A DNA stretch of 64,000 bases. Source: an uncultured delta proteobacterium. GTDB lineage: Bacteria; Desulfobacterota; Syntrophobacteria; Syntrophobacterales; Syntrophobacteraceae. The notes below the pieces were generated by a model. It ran no database searches and was not told the DNA's origin. It saw only the letters and a program-made list of their open reading frames with translations. Of this stretch, positions 1 to 8,785 are shown in pieces. The position numbers and the translations under genes are program-made. Location: contig CAWEHK010000034.1 in the NCBI GenBank assembly GCA_963808625.1, forward strand, positions 1-64,000, read 5' to 3'. The stretch's first letter is position 1, and every line of letters starts with the position of its first letter.

Positions 1-27
1 TCTCAAAAGCCTGGGCAGCGCTTTAAA

Positions 28-930
28 GTGTACAAAGATACAACCGATTATTTCCGTATCGAATATGGCGATATTGTCATCCTTGATGGAAATCCTTTTT
101 TGGTTCGCCATAATGCGAAAGAAGGGCGTTTTGGACTTGATGAGGAAGAGAAGTTTTGGGTTAAGCGTTCAATTGATTTACGCTCAGGAATGACAAAAAT
201 CATTAAACTAGTGTTTTTCGAGAAGTTTATTGCACGTATTGGCGAAATAGAATTTGAATGCTTCCGAAGCCCTCGAAAAGAAGCTCGTATCCTCAATCTA
301 GTAAAGGATCTTCCCAATTTTATGCAAGGTTATTCTGTACAAGATGATCATGAAAACATTGTTCGCATTCTTGAATTTATCTATGGGAAATCATTAGCAG
401 AACACATCAGAGAAATCGCAAGGACCATGAATCATGAGACGTATTTTTATCAATATTTTCCAAAAATATTAGATAATTATATTCTTTGCGTCGAAGGGAT
501 CCGTTTCCTTCATGATCATGGTGAAAAACATGGAGACATCCGAAGAGATCATATTCTGATTGACCGAGAAAGCGGGCAATACCGATGGATTGATTATGAT
601 TACAATGTCCGTCATATAGAAAATATGTATGGCTATGATCTGTTTGGCCTTGGAAATGTTTTGATGTATTTAGTGGGTATGGGAGATATTGTATATCAGG
701 ATTTGAAAAGGGTGAATCACCCTGCACTTGATCAGTTAAACGAAGATGATGTTAACATTGTCTTCAACAACCGAATCGCAAACCTTAAAAAAGTATATTC
801 TTATATTCCAGATAGTTTAAACCGAATCCTGATGCACTTCTCAAAAGGAGCTAACGTATTTTATGATCATACGACTCAATTAATTGATGATCTTCGAGAG
901 GTCCAATCAACCTTTCCAAAGCCAGCATAA
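28..930 (+). CDS. Atypical Ser/Thr protein kinase-like protein (may extend upstream of the window)
   Basis: Kinase-fold motifs: IIKLVF (Lys), KEARIL (alphaC Glu), HGDIRRDH catalytic loop, WIDYD in place of DFG, YDLFGLG; AT-rich. Confidence 0.7.
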   Translation: MYKDTTDYFRIEYGDIVILDGNPFLVRHNAKEGRFGLDEEEKFWVKRSIDLRSGMTKIIKLVFFEKFIARIGEIEFECFRSPRKEARILNLVKDLPNFMQGYSVQDDHENIVRILEFIYGKSLAEHIREIARTMNHETYFYQYFPKILDNYILCVEGIRFLHDHGEKHGDIRRDHILIDRESGQYRWIDYDYNVRHIENMYGYDLFGLGNVLMYLVGMGDIVYQDLKRVNHPALDQLNEDDVNIVFNNRIANLKKVYSYIPDSLNRILMHFSKGANVFYDHTTQLIDDLREVQSTFPKPA

Positions 931-1044
931 GAGAAGCATAGGAAGCGGATTTTCTAATGAAATGTTGCTTGATATACTGACATAAAATATTGAATAAGTA
1001 AGGATATTATGTTCCATTATATTTTATAAAAGGAATTGGAAGAA

Positions 1045-1507
1045 ATGTGCTTTGAAGTAAATCGAAATATTCTAATCGCTGTAGATGAATCTCAAAATGC
1101 ACAGCGCGCGGTGACGTATGTTGGGAAACTCTTAGGAGGAATTAAGGGGTTTAAAGTTACAGTGTTGCATGTTATTCGTGAGCCTGAAGACGACTATTTT
1201 CACAAAGGAAGATGACAAAAATGAGTGGTATAATGAAATGCGTCAGCAGGTTGATCAGATGCTTGAGAAGTATCGCAATATTCTAATTGATGAAGGATTT
1301 AACCCTGAAGATGTATCAACACGTTCAACTATACGATATTGCCCTTCAATGGCAGAATGTATTCTTGCAGAAAGAGATAATACGGAATATAGTACCTTAG
1401 TCGTCGGAAGAAAAGGACTTACTTATAAAGAAGAATTTATATTCGGAAGCGTTTCAGGGAAAATCGTCAGAACTGCAAAAAACTGTACGGTATGGGTGGT
1501 GCAATAG
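1045..1507 (+). CDS. Universal stress protein (UspA family), one frameshift near 1200
   Basis: ATG 1045 gives MCFEVNRNILIAVDESQNAQRAV..VTVLHV; after a T-run it continues in the 1169..1507 frame with LVVGRKG..FIFGSVSGKIV..CTVWVV. Confidence 0.85.
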
Positions 1508-1542
1508 CCCTGGTAGCTACAGAATCGTAGTCGTTGCCCAAC

Positions 1543-1582
1543 AAAAAAAGGAGATGCACTTTTCAGTGCATCTCCTTTTTTT
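1543..1582. terminator. Bidirectional intrinsic terminator between usp and sat
   Basis: AAAAAAAGGAGATGCACT-tttc-AGTGCATCTCCTTTTTTT perfect hairpin with A/T tails between convergent genes. Confidence 0.9.
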
Positions 1583-1604
1583 GAATCAGGCGACAGGGAT
1601 TTGG

Positions 1605-2876
1605 TTATTGGCCCGTTGCAGCGCCGTGCAGCTTGACTTCAACTTTTTCGTCAAGGCCTGCATAGTATTCACGGAGAATGTCAAGTACTTCTTCACGACC
1701 GAAATGATCCGGAATCGGAGTTCCTTCGGAAAGACCCTTGCGCAGTGCGGTACCGCTCAAAAGAACGCGGTCTTCCTTGCCGTGGGGGCAGGTCCTGAGG
1801 GATGCCATGCCGTCGCATTTATGGCAGTAGAAGGTCCAGTCGATTTTGAGCGGCGTGCACAGAAGCGCTTTTCCGCCCGCCGGTTTGGGGATCTTGTCAA
1901 AAATGGTCTGGGCTTCGAACATGCCGTAGAAATCGCCCACGCCGGCATGGTCGCGGCCGATGATCATGCGGGAGCACCCATAGTTCTGGCGGAAGGTGGC
2001 ATGAAGAAGGGCTTCACGGGGACCGGCATAGCGCATATCCAGCGGATACCCGCCCTGAAGGACCTTGTCTTCCACGAAATAATTCTTAACCAAAGCATCA
2101 ATACATTTCACGCGGACTTCCGCGGGAATATCGCCGGGTTTCAGGTTGCCGACCAGGGAGTGAATGAAAACGCCGTCGCAGACTTCGACAGCGATCTTGC
2201 ACAGATATTCGTGGGAACGGTGCATGGGGTTGCGCAGCTGAAGGGCAGCCACTTCATTCCAGCCTCTTTCAGCAAAAATCTTTCTGGATTCAGCCGGTCT
2301 CATGTAAACGCCGGGATATTGGGTGGGATATTCGGCTTCACTGAGCACCTTGACCGGGCCGGCCAGATTGACAGCCTTCTGCTCCATCACCATCTGGACG
2401 CCGGGATGATCATTTTTGGCGATTTTCCAGAAATCTTCGGCAGTTTTGGTGCCTTCTCCCATGTAAATCTTTTCGCATTCAAACTTCTTGTCGGCCTCGG
2501 TCATTTCATATTTCTCGGTGACCTTCATGGTGGCCATGAACTCGTTGCGCTCCGGATCAAACAGCGCAATTTCTTCGCCGACTGCGATTGCGGCGGCGTC
2601 TTCCTTGGATGCGGAAAGGGTTACCGGAATGGGCCAGAAGGTGCCGTCTGCCAGGAGATAATTTTCGCAAACGCCTTTCCAGTCGGCCTTGGTCATAAAA
2701 CCGGTCAGCGGGCTGAATCCGCCGATGCCCATCATGATCAGGTCGCCTTTTTCACGGGGGCTGACGTCGATTTTTTTAAGACCTTGTGCTTTTTTCAGCT
2801 CAGCTGCCAGTTCCGCGCCTTCGAGCAAACAGCAGGTCAAGCCTTTTCCTCCATGAGGGGGGATTAATTCTGACAT
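1605..2876 (-). CDS. sat: Dissimilatory sulfate adenylyltransferase
   Basis: PPHGG N-terminus, [34 protein letters not shown], CxxC...CPH Zn site; 423 aa. Confidence 0.97.
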   Translation of the reverse strand: MSELIPPHGGKGLTCCLLEGAELAAELKKAQGLKKIDVSPREKGDLIMMGIGGFSPLTGFMTKADWKGVCENYLLADGTFWPIPVTLSASKEDAAAIAVGEEIALFDPERNEFMATMKVTEKYEMTEADKKFECEKIYMGEGTKTAEDFWKIAKNDHPGVQMVMEQKAVNLAGPVKVLSEAEYPTQYPGVYMRPAESRKIFAERGWNEVAALQLRNPMHRSHEYLCKIAVEVCDGVFIHSLVGNLKPGDIPAEVRVKCIDALVKNYFVEDKVLQGGYPLDMRYAGPREALLHATFRQNYGCSRMIIGRDHAGVGDFYGMFEAQTIFDKIPKPAGGKALLCTPLKIDWTFYCHKCDGMASLRTCPHGKEDRVLLSGTALRKGLSEGTPIPDHFGREEVLDILREYYAGLDEKVEVKLHGAATGQ

Positions 2877-3336
2877 TTGTTTCTTTCTCCTTATTGAAAA
2901 GGTGTTGGGTTAAGTGGTTATGGCATGGGGCAACCCATGATTACGCACGTAAGTCCTCACATGTAATAAATGCTGCAAGTGAGGTCAAGCGCAAATCAAT
3001 GGCAGAATTGTCTTTTCAGGTTTGACAGAGCGCAGTTTCTTTTTCCGTAGGCTTTAAGCCGGTAGGAGCTGAGGCATGCGGTTTCTGAATGAGAGGGGGA
3101 GTAATTCTGCCTTTTGTTTCTTTCTCCTTTCAAAAAAGTGTTGGGTTAAGTGGTTATGGCATGGGGCAACCCATGATCACGCACATGAGCCCTAACCTTT
3201 AATAAATGCTGCAAGCGAAGTCAAGCGCAAATCAATGGCAGAATTATCTTTTCAGGTTTGACACAGTGCAGTTTCTTTTTCCGAGGCTTTAAGGCGGTAG
3301 GAGCTGAGGCATGCGGTTTCTGAATGAGAGGGGGAG
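2853..3336. repeat. Diverged tandem duplication (~237 bp unit) of the sat start/RBS/promoter region
   Basis: GTGTTGGGTTAAGTGGTTATGGCATGGGGCAACCCATGA and GTAGGAGCTGAGGCATGCGGTTTCTGAATGAGAGGGGGAG each occur twice about 237 bp apart. Confidence 0.92.
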
Positions 3337-3364
3337 ATGTCGGCATGCCGGCATTTCCATTTGT

Positions 3365-3764
3365 TGAGTCTGATACTCCCCATCCCGGTCCCGAGGAACT
3401 TTGACCGAAACTTCACCGGTCCCTTTGAGAGTGAATTTGGGCCCGTAGAAACCATTTCGGTAGTTGGGCTCATCTCTATTGCGCCCGTAAGGTTCTCGCC
3501 CAAGAAGATGGGTCAGCTCGGCGCTCATCACCTCACTGAGATACTTCCCGACCATTTCTTGAACGTTCAGGCGGATCATCTCAAAGATCTTCTCGGACTG
3601 ACATTGAATCTCTTTGAAAAGGCTGACAATTTCGGGTAGATTGATCGCGATTTTCAAGGCGCTTCTCCTTTCGTTGAGGTTTCATTGGGCAACCCTCTTG
3701 TAAGGGAAAAGCGCCTTTCTTGTCATCCGGCCTGAAGAATTTACACAAAATTTTTTACACTACC
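3365..3764 (-). mobile_element. Truncated IS256-family element (left end plus transposase N-terminus, ORF 3289..3657)
   Basis: AELTHLLGREPY..NYRNGF..GEVSVKVPRDRDGEY is the IS256 transposase N-terminal motif; terminal GGTAGTGTAAAAAATTTTGTGTAAAT on the minus strand ends at 3764. Confidence 0.85.
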
Positions 3765-3765
3765 C

Positions 3766-3793
3766 TTGACAACCTTTGCTTCAGGAATATAAT
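3766..3793 (+). promoter_or_regulatory. Consensus sigma70 promoter oriented toward aprB
   Basis: TTGACA (3766-3771), 16-bp spacer, TATAAT (3788-3793). Confidence 0.7.
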
Positions 3794-4227
3794 GGCCGCG
3801 AATCAAAAGAATATGAGCCGCCAAGTGCGGGTAGTTTTCCGGGGGAAGTGTCGTAATCCGATGTAGCTGTTTCCGTTGAAGCTCGAGTTCATCAATAAGT
3901 TCGTCTGCAAGTTCAAGAAGCGTCGTAATCCCCGCAGCTGTTTCCGATGAAGCCCCATGCTTGTCAACTCCACCGCAATCGTGTGGAGAATTCGCTGTTC
4001 GCAACAACGGCTCAGTCTGTCATCCAACGCAACGGGCACTGTTTTCTAACGGTGTCACTTGCAGGGACTCGAGCTCCCATAGGTGCAGATCAAATTGTAC
4101 TGTAAATCGGTTGGCCGGCAGGACAGCCTGTTGAGTGAAAGGAGGTGTGAGCGCGTCAGTCGAATGAGTCCGAGCAGTAAGAGGATAGTGGTGAGATAGG
4201 CCATATAAATTCTTAGGAGGTTAGGCT

Positions 4228-4676
4228 ATGCCAAGTTTTGTAATGACAGAGAAGTGTGATGGTTGCAAGGGGCAGGATAAAACCGCTTGTATGTATATAT
4301 GCCCCAACGACCTGATGACGCTGAATAAAGAGACGATGAAGGGATATAACCAGGAGCCTCAATACTGCTGGGAGTGCTACTGTTGTGTCAAGATATGTCC
4401 ACAGCAGGCTATGGATGTAAGGAGTTACCAGGACTTTGTGCCTCATGGGCGCTGCATCAACTCCGCTGAGAGGAAGTGAAGACATCATGTGGACCATCAC
4501 CTTCAGGGATGGGAGACTCAAGAGGTTTAAGTACGAAACGAGGAGGACGGCAGAGGGTTCTATAAAGCCATTTGAAGGATTTCCTGAGGCAAAGGTAGGA
4601 AGATTTGAACAATCAGTACCTCCTTGGAGAGCCGGACATAATGGGAATTAAAGAACTCCCGACAAATAAGAAATAA
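4228..4676 (+). CDS. aprB: Adenylylsulfate reductase beta subunit (two apparent frameshifts near 4443 and 4598)
   Basis: MPSFV..CDGCKGQDKTACMYICPNDLM..CWECYCCVKICPQQA, then MG..PLRGSEDIMWTITFRDGRLKRFK in the next frame; RBS AGGAGG. Confidence 0.93.
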
Positions 4677-4687
4677 GGAGCTGAAGG

Positions 4688-6607
4688 ATGAGAGAATTTG
4701 CCACAGAGGTTGTTGACACTGATGTATTGATACTTGGTGGAGGGATGTCGGGCTGTGGTGCTGCAGTAGAGGCTGCGTACTGGGCAAAGGCACTGGGTTT
4801 AAGGGTGACGCTTGTTGATAAGGCTGCCATTGACAGAAGTGGTCCTGTAGCGATGGGACTTTCTGCCATTAATACCTACATGGGTATGGATGGCAAGGTC
4901 ACCATGAATCCCCGTACGCCTGAAAGATTTGTCGAATATGTGACGAATGACCAGATGGGTCTGATGAGACAGGACCTGGTCTATGATGTTGCAAGACATG
5001 TGGATTCGTCTGTCAAACACTTCGATAAATGGGGACTGCCTATATGGAAAGATGAGGCAGGAAATTTTGTAAAATCCGGTGAATGGCAGGTGATGATCGC
5101 CGGCGAGAGTTACAAGATCCTCGTGGCAGAGGCAGCAAAGAGCGCTATGGCCGCCCTTGGTGACAAAGGCCAGATCCTTGAGAGGGTCATGATCACGCAT
5201 CTTCTCAAGGATGAGAAGGAACCCGACCGGGTAGCCGGAGCAGTGGGCTTTAGCGTCAGGGAAGACAAGTTCTATGTCTTTAAGTCTAAAGTAACTATCG
5301 CTCTGATGGGTGGTGCGGTCCATGTATTCAGGCCGAGGTCTCAGGGTGAAGCCTTCGGCAGGTCATGGATGCCGCCCTTTGTCAACGGATCGGTATATGC
5401 CCTTGTTTTGCAGGCCGGTGGTGAGTTGACACAGATGGACAATACCTTTGTCCCTCCAAGGTTCAAGGATTCCTATGGTCCTGTCGGCACCTTCTTCCTG
5501 CTGTTTAAGACGCCTGCAACAAACGCCTATGAAGGCCCGTATGTTGGCGCCTATCCAACCGAGTCAGCCGCCTGGGCACCCTATGCCGACGCGAAACCAA
5601 CTCCGACACCTATGAGAAACTACGAGATGATACTCTGTGCCAAGGAAGGCAAGACGCCATACTGGATTCATACAGAGAAGGTGGTGGAGAAGTATAAGGC
5701 GGAGATAACCGATCCCAAGGAGTTGAAAAAGAAGATAAAGACGTACGAGAGCGAGGCCTGGGAAGACTTCCTCGATATGACAATCCAAGGTGCGACGAAC
5801 TGGGCTGCCCATAATATAGACCCAATGGAAAAACCGATGGAGCTTCAGTTGTCAGACTCCGTCTTCATTGGTTCACACGCCTGCTCTTGTGGTTCATGGG
5901 TCTGTGGTCCTGAAGACCTCATGCCGGCCGAATTCAAGGATGCATTCCCGGCCCAGTACAACTGCATGACGACTGTTAAGGGTCTCTTCACAGCAGGTTG
6001 CGGGGTAGGGGCATGTGCCCATAAGTTCTCGAGTGGCTCTCATGTACAGGGAAGGATCGTTGGAAAGTCAGTGGTGAAGTTTGCCAATGACAACAAGGGC
6101 TACACACCAACGGTATCCGATGCTACGATAGCTAAAATGAAGGAAACAATTCTTAAACCTCTTGCCTTGTATGAAGAGAAAAAGGGTTTCACGACGCAGC
6201 CCGATGTGAATCCGAACTACATCTCCCCCCATAATTTCCTGTTCCGACTCCAGAAGATCATGGGAGAATATGCTGGTGGATGGGAGACACTGTATGGAAC
6301 ATCAGACAAATTGCTCGAGGTCGGCCTCTGGAAACTGGCATTCCTCGGCGAGGATATAGAGAAGCTCGGTGCCAAAGACTCTCATGAGCTGATGAGGGCA
6401 TGGGAGAGTGTCCACAGGTACTATGTTGGTGAGGCATGTGCAAGGTCAAGGCTGGCCCGGAAGGAATCCAGATGGCCTGGATACTACTACAAATACGATT
6501 ACTTGAAACTTGATGATGTAAATGAGAAGCACTTTGTTAACGTGAAGTATGATGTGGATAAGAAGGAATGGACTGTACTCACAAGGCCGATGATTACTAT
6601 TATCTAG
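4688..6607 (+). CDS. aprA: Adenylylsulfate reductase alpha subunit
   Basis: FAD motif GGGMSGCGAA, GLSAINTY, GESYK, RFKDSYGPVG, WEDFLDMT, HKFSSGS, ESRWPGYYY; follows aprB. Confidence 0.96.
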   Translation: MREFATEVVDTDVLILGGGMSGCGAAVEAAYWAKALGLRVTLVDKAAIDRSGPVAMGLSAINTYMGMDGKVTMNPRTPERFVEYVTNDQMGLMRQDLVYDVARHVDSSVKHFDKWGLPIWKDEAGNFVKSGEWQVMIAGESYKILVAEAAKSAMAALGDKGQILERVMITHLLKDEKEPDRVAGAVGFSVREDKFYVFKSKVTIALMGGAVHVFRPRSQGEAFGRSWMPPFVNGSVYALVLQAGGELTQMDNTFVPPRFKDSYGPVGTFFLLFKTPATNAYEGPYVGAYPTESAAWAPYADAKPTPTPMRNYEMILCAKEGKTPYWIHTEKVVEKYKAEITDPKELKKKIKTYESEAWEDFLDMTIQGATNWAAHNIDPMEKPMELQLSDSVFIGSHACSCGSWVCGPEDLMPAEFKDAFPAQYNCMTTVKGLFTAGCGVGACAHKFSSGSHVQGRIVGKSVVKFANDNKGYTPTVSDATIAKMKETILKPLALYEEKKGFTTQPDVNPNYISPHNFLFRLQKIMGEYAGGWETLYGTSDKLLEVGLWKLAFLGEDIEKLGAKDSHELMRAWESVHRYYVGEACARSRLARKESRWPGYYYKYDYLKLDDVNEKHFVNVKYDVDKKEWTVLTRPMITII

Positions 6608-6636
6608 TTTGAGCTAGTATCTGGAGAGATATCTAT

Positions 6637-6663
6637 GAGGGGCGACCTTTCAGGTCGCCCCTC
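6637..6663 (+). terminator. Hairpin after aprA
   Basis: GAGGGGCGACCT-ttc-AGGTCGCCCCTC perfect stem; weak U tail. Confidence 0.6.
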
Positions 6664-6740
6664 AACATTTGTTACAATATTGGAATAGTGGTTTTTTCGT
6701 ATTTCAAGAAAAGCAAAATCATTGTGAGAATATATTATGA

Positions 6741-7514
6741 ATGAAGCAAAAGGCTGAAAAAGTCCGAATCTCTTTGGATGACAAATTCAAATTCTCATGC
6801 CATAAAGAGCTTGCCTGTTATAACACCTGCTGCCGTGATGTAAACATCTTCCTCACACCCTATGACGTCCTGAGAATGAGAAGGTGTACCGGGTTGTCCT
6901 CTGGTGAGTTTTTAAAGGCATATACCGTGGCACTTTTAGGTGAAGAAGGAATTCCCCTGGTGGTGCTCAGGATGATGGAAGATGAAAATAAAACCTGTCG
7001 CTTTGTTACACGTGATGGGTGCAGTATATACCGGGACAGGCCATGGTCTTGCAGGATGTATCCTGTATTCCCGGTTTCCTCTAAGGAAGAAGAATTCTTT
7101 GTAGAGGAAAAGAGCTCATGCCTTGGAGTTAGAGGGGAGAAGCAATGGACACCAAGAGCGTGGAAAGAAAATCAAGATATTGATATCTACGACAAAATGA
7201 ATGAATTATATAAAGAGATCACCCTCCATGATTATTTCCAGCAGGGGAATAAGCTGGATTCGGGAAAAGCGAAGTTGCTTTATACGGCCTGTTATGATCT
7301 CGATGCATTCAAGAGATTTCTTTTTGAAACCAGATTTTTCGATATCTATGAGGTCGAGAAAGAAATTATCGAAAAGATGAGAAATGATGAAGAAGAACTA
7401 TTAAGGTTTGGCTATAGATGGGTAAGATTCAGCCTTTTCTCTGAAGCTACCTTAAAGCTCAGGGATAAGGAAATGGATAAACTCCTGCAATCCAGGAGCA
7501 GGGCATCCTCTTAA
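6741..7514 (+). CDS. YkgJ-family (CxxxCC) Zn/Fe-chelating cysteine-cluster protein
   Basis: FSCHKELACYNTCC..LTPYD..CRFV..GCSIYRDRPWSCRMYP. Confidence 0.85.
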   Translation: MKQKAEKVRISLDDKFKFSCHKELACYNTCCRDVNIFLTPYDVLRMRRCTGLSSGEFLKAYTVALLGEEGIPLVVLRMMEDENKTCRFVTRDGCSIYRDRPWSCRMYPVFPVSSKEEEFFVEEKSSCLGVRGEKQWTPRAWKENQDIDIYDKMNELYKEITLHDYFQQGNKLDSGKAKLLYTACYDLDAFKRFLFETRFFDIYEVEKEIIEKMRNDEEELLRFGYRWVRFSLFSEATLKLRDKEMDKLLQSRSRASS

Positions 7515-7631
7515 TCGTTCCCGTTCAGCGTGTCCAGCTACAGTCACGGACAACGGCTTTTGGCTGATAGGCATACCTGTCAGCCTTTCTATTTAGTTCT
7601 CCAGGAACTTACAGGCCTGGCTATTTCTTTT

Positions 7632-7788
7632 TACAGTAGTTAAAATGAAATTGAGCGATTTCCGTTGCAGGATTAGCAGGACAGACGACATGCCGGTCCT
7701 GTGAAATCATCGAACAGCCAGGATGGCTGTTCTACGATTGTTTGGGCGTTTTCGCAGGCGAGAATCGCTCAATCGTGAATATTGTATA
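7632..7788. mobile_element. MITE-like element with GTAG-type REP hairpin cargo
   Basis: Inverted repeats ATTGAGCGATT (7650-7660) / AATCGCTCAAT (7763-7773), outer TACAGTA / TATTGTA; internal GAACAGCCAGGATGGCTGTTCTAC. Confidence 0.5.
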
Positions 7789-7806
7789 GACAGAAAGGAT
7801 TGAACC

Positions 7807-8604
7807 ATGTTGCCGAGTACAAAGTTTGTAGAACCTGTTGAGCGCACATTGGATTCCAAATTCAAGTTCAGGTGTCATAAGGATATCAGTTGCTTTAATA
7901 AATGCTGTAGACATACCGATATGCTTCTGACTCCTTATGATATTTTAAGGATTAAAAAAAGGTTGGGAATGTCTTCAGGTGAGTTCCTCAAGGAATACAC
8001 TTACACTCATATTGATGAAAAGTCTTCACACCCTTTTGCCGTGCTCCACATGATGGAGGATGAAGAAGGAAAATGCCCTTTTGTTACACCTGAGGGATGC
8101 GGTATTTATGAAGACCGTCCTGCTAACTGCCGATATTATCCAGTGGGCAAGGGTATCATTATAAAGGGCGGAGAGAAAGGGCCGGTACCTGTGGAATACT
8201 ATTTCTTCATCAGGGAACCGAGTTGTGTTGGATATGAGGATGATAAAGAGTGGACTATTGGGAAATGGAGGATTGAACAGGGAGTTGACCTTTATGATGA
8301 GATGAACAAAGAGTGGAGCGAGATACAATTGAGAAGGGACAATGAGGGTCAACCCAAACTCGACGAGAAGAAGCAGTCTTTGATGTATATGGCAAGTTAT
8401 GATATTGATAGATTTAGAAGATTTATTCTTGAGAGCAAAGTTCTTGATATCTTTGATATTGATAATGAAGAACTCGAGAAGATCAGGACTGACGAGATTG
8501 CGCTGATGAAGTTTGGATTCAAATACCTGAAATATGTTTTGATGCTGGAAGAGACCTTGAAGGTGAAGGAAGAATATAAGAAGGTGGAGCAGTCGGGCGA
8601 TTAA
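7807..8604 (+). CDS. YkgJ-family cysteine-cluster protein (paralog of 6741..7514)
   Basis: FRCHKDISCFNKCC..LTPYD..CPFV..GCGIYEDRPANCRYYP. Confidence 0.85.
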   Translation: MLPSTKFVEPVERTLDSKFKFRCHKDISCFNKCCRHTDMLLTPYDILRIKKRLGMSSGEFLKEYTYTHIDEKSSHPFAVLHMMEDEEGKCPFVTPEGCGIYEDRPANCRYYPVGKGIIIKGGEKGPVPVEYYFFIREPSCVGYEDDKEWTIGKWRIEQGVDLYDEMNKEWSEIQLRRDNEGQPKLDEKKQSLMYMASYDIDRFRRFILESKVLDIFDIDNEELEKIRTDEIALMKFGFKYLKYVLMLEETLKVKEEYKKVEQSGD

Positions 8605-8665
8605 GTGAAGTGTGGAAGAGCTCACTGGCTGATCGTCGAAAACCTCCACGCCAAAGAGGTCAAGA

Positions 8666-8723
8666 GTGGGAGCGGCTTGCAGGCGCGGCAAAGATCCCAT
8701 CGCGGCTGCAAGCCGCTCCTACA
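8666..8723. repeat. REP doublet (REPIN-like, GTAG/GTGG family)
   Basis: GTGGGAGCGGCTTGCAGGCGCG...CGCGGCTGCAAGCCGCTCCTAC inverted arms between convergent genes. Confidence 0.75.
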
Positions 8724-8785
8724 AAAACGAAACACTCGATCCTCAAAGGGCTTCAGCGTTGGAGATCGACGGCGGAAAACGGGCC

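Noticed and set aside
1554..2867. 437-aa plus-strand ORF
   Set aside because: Antisense shadow of sat with no recognisable motifs.
2935..2970. Rex operator upstream of sat
   Set aside because: Only a weak resemblance to TTGTGAA-N4-TTCACAA; not supportable.
3741..4039. Short minus-strand ORFs in the aprB leader
   Set aside because: No RBS or family motifs, and one overlaps the promoter and IS end; treated as non-coding.
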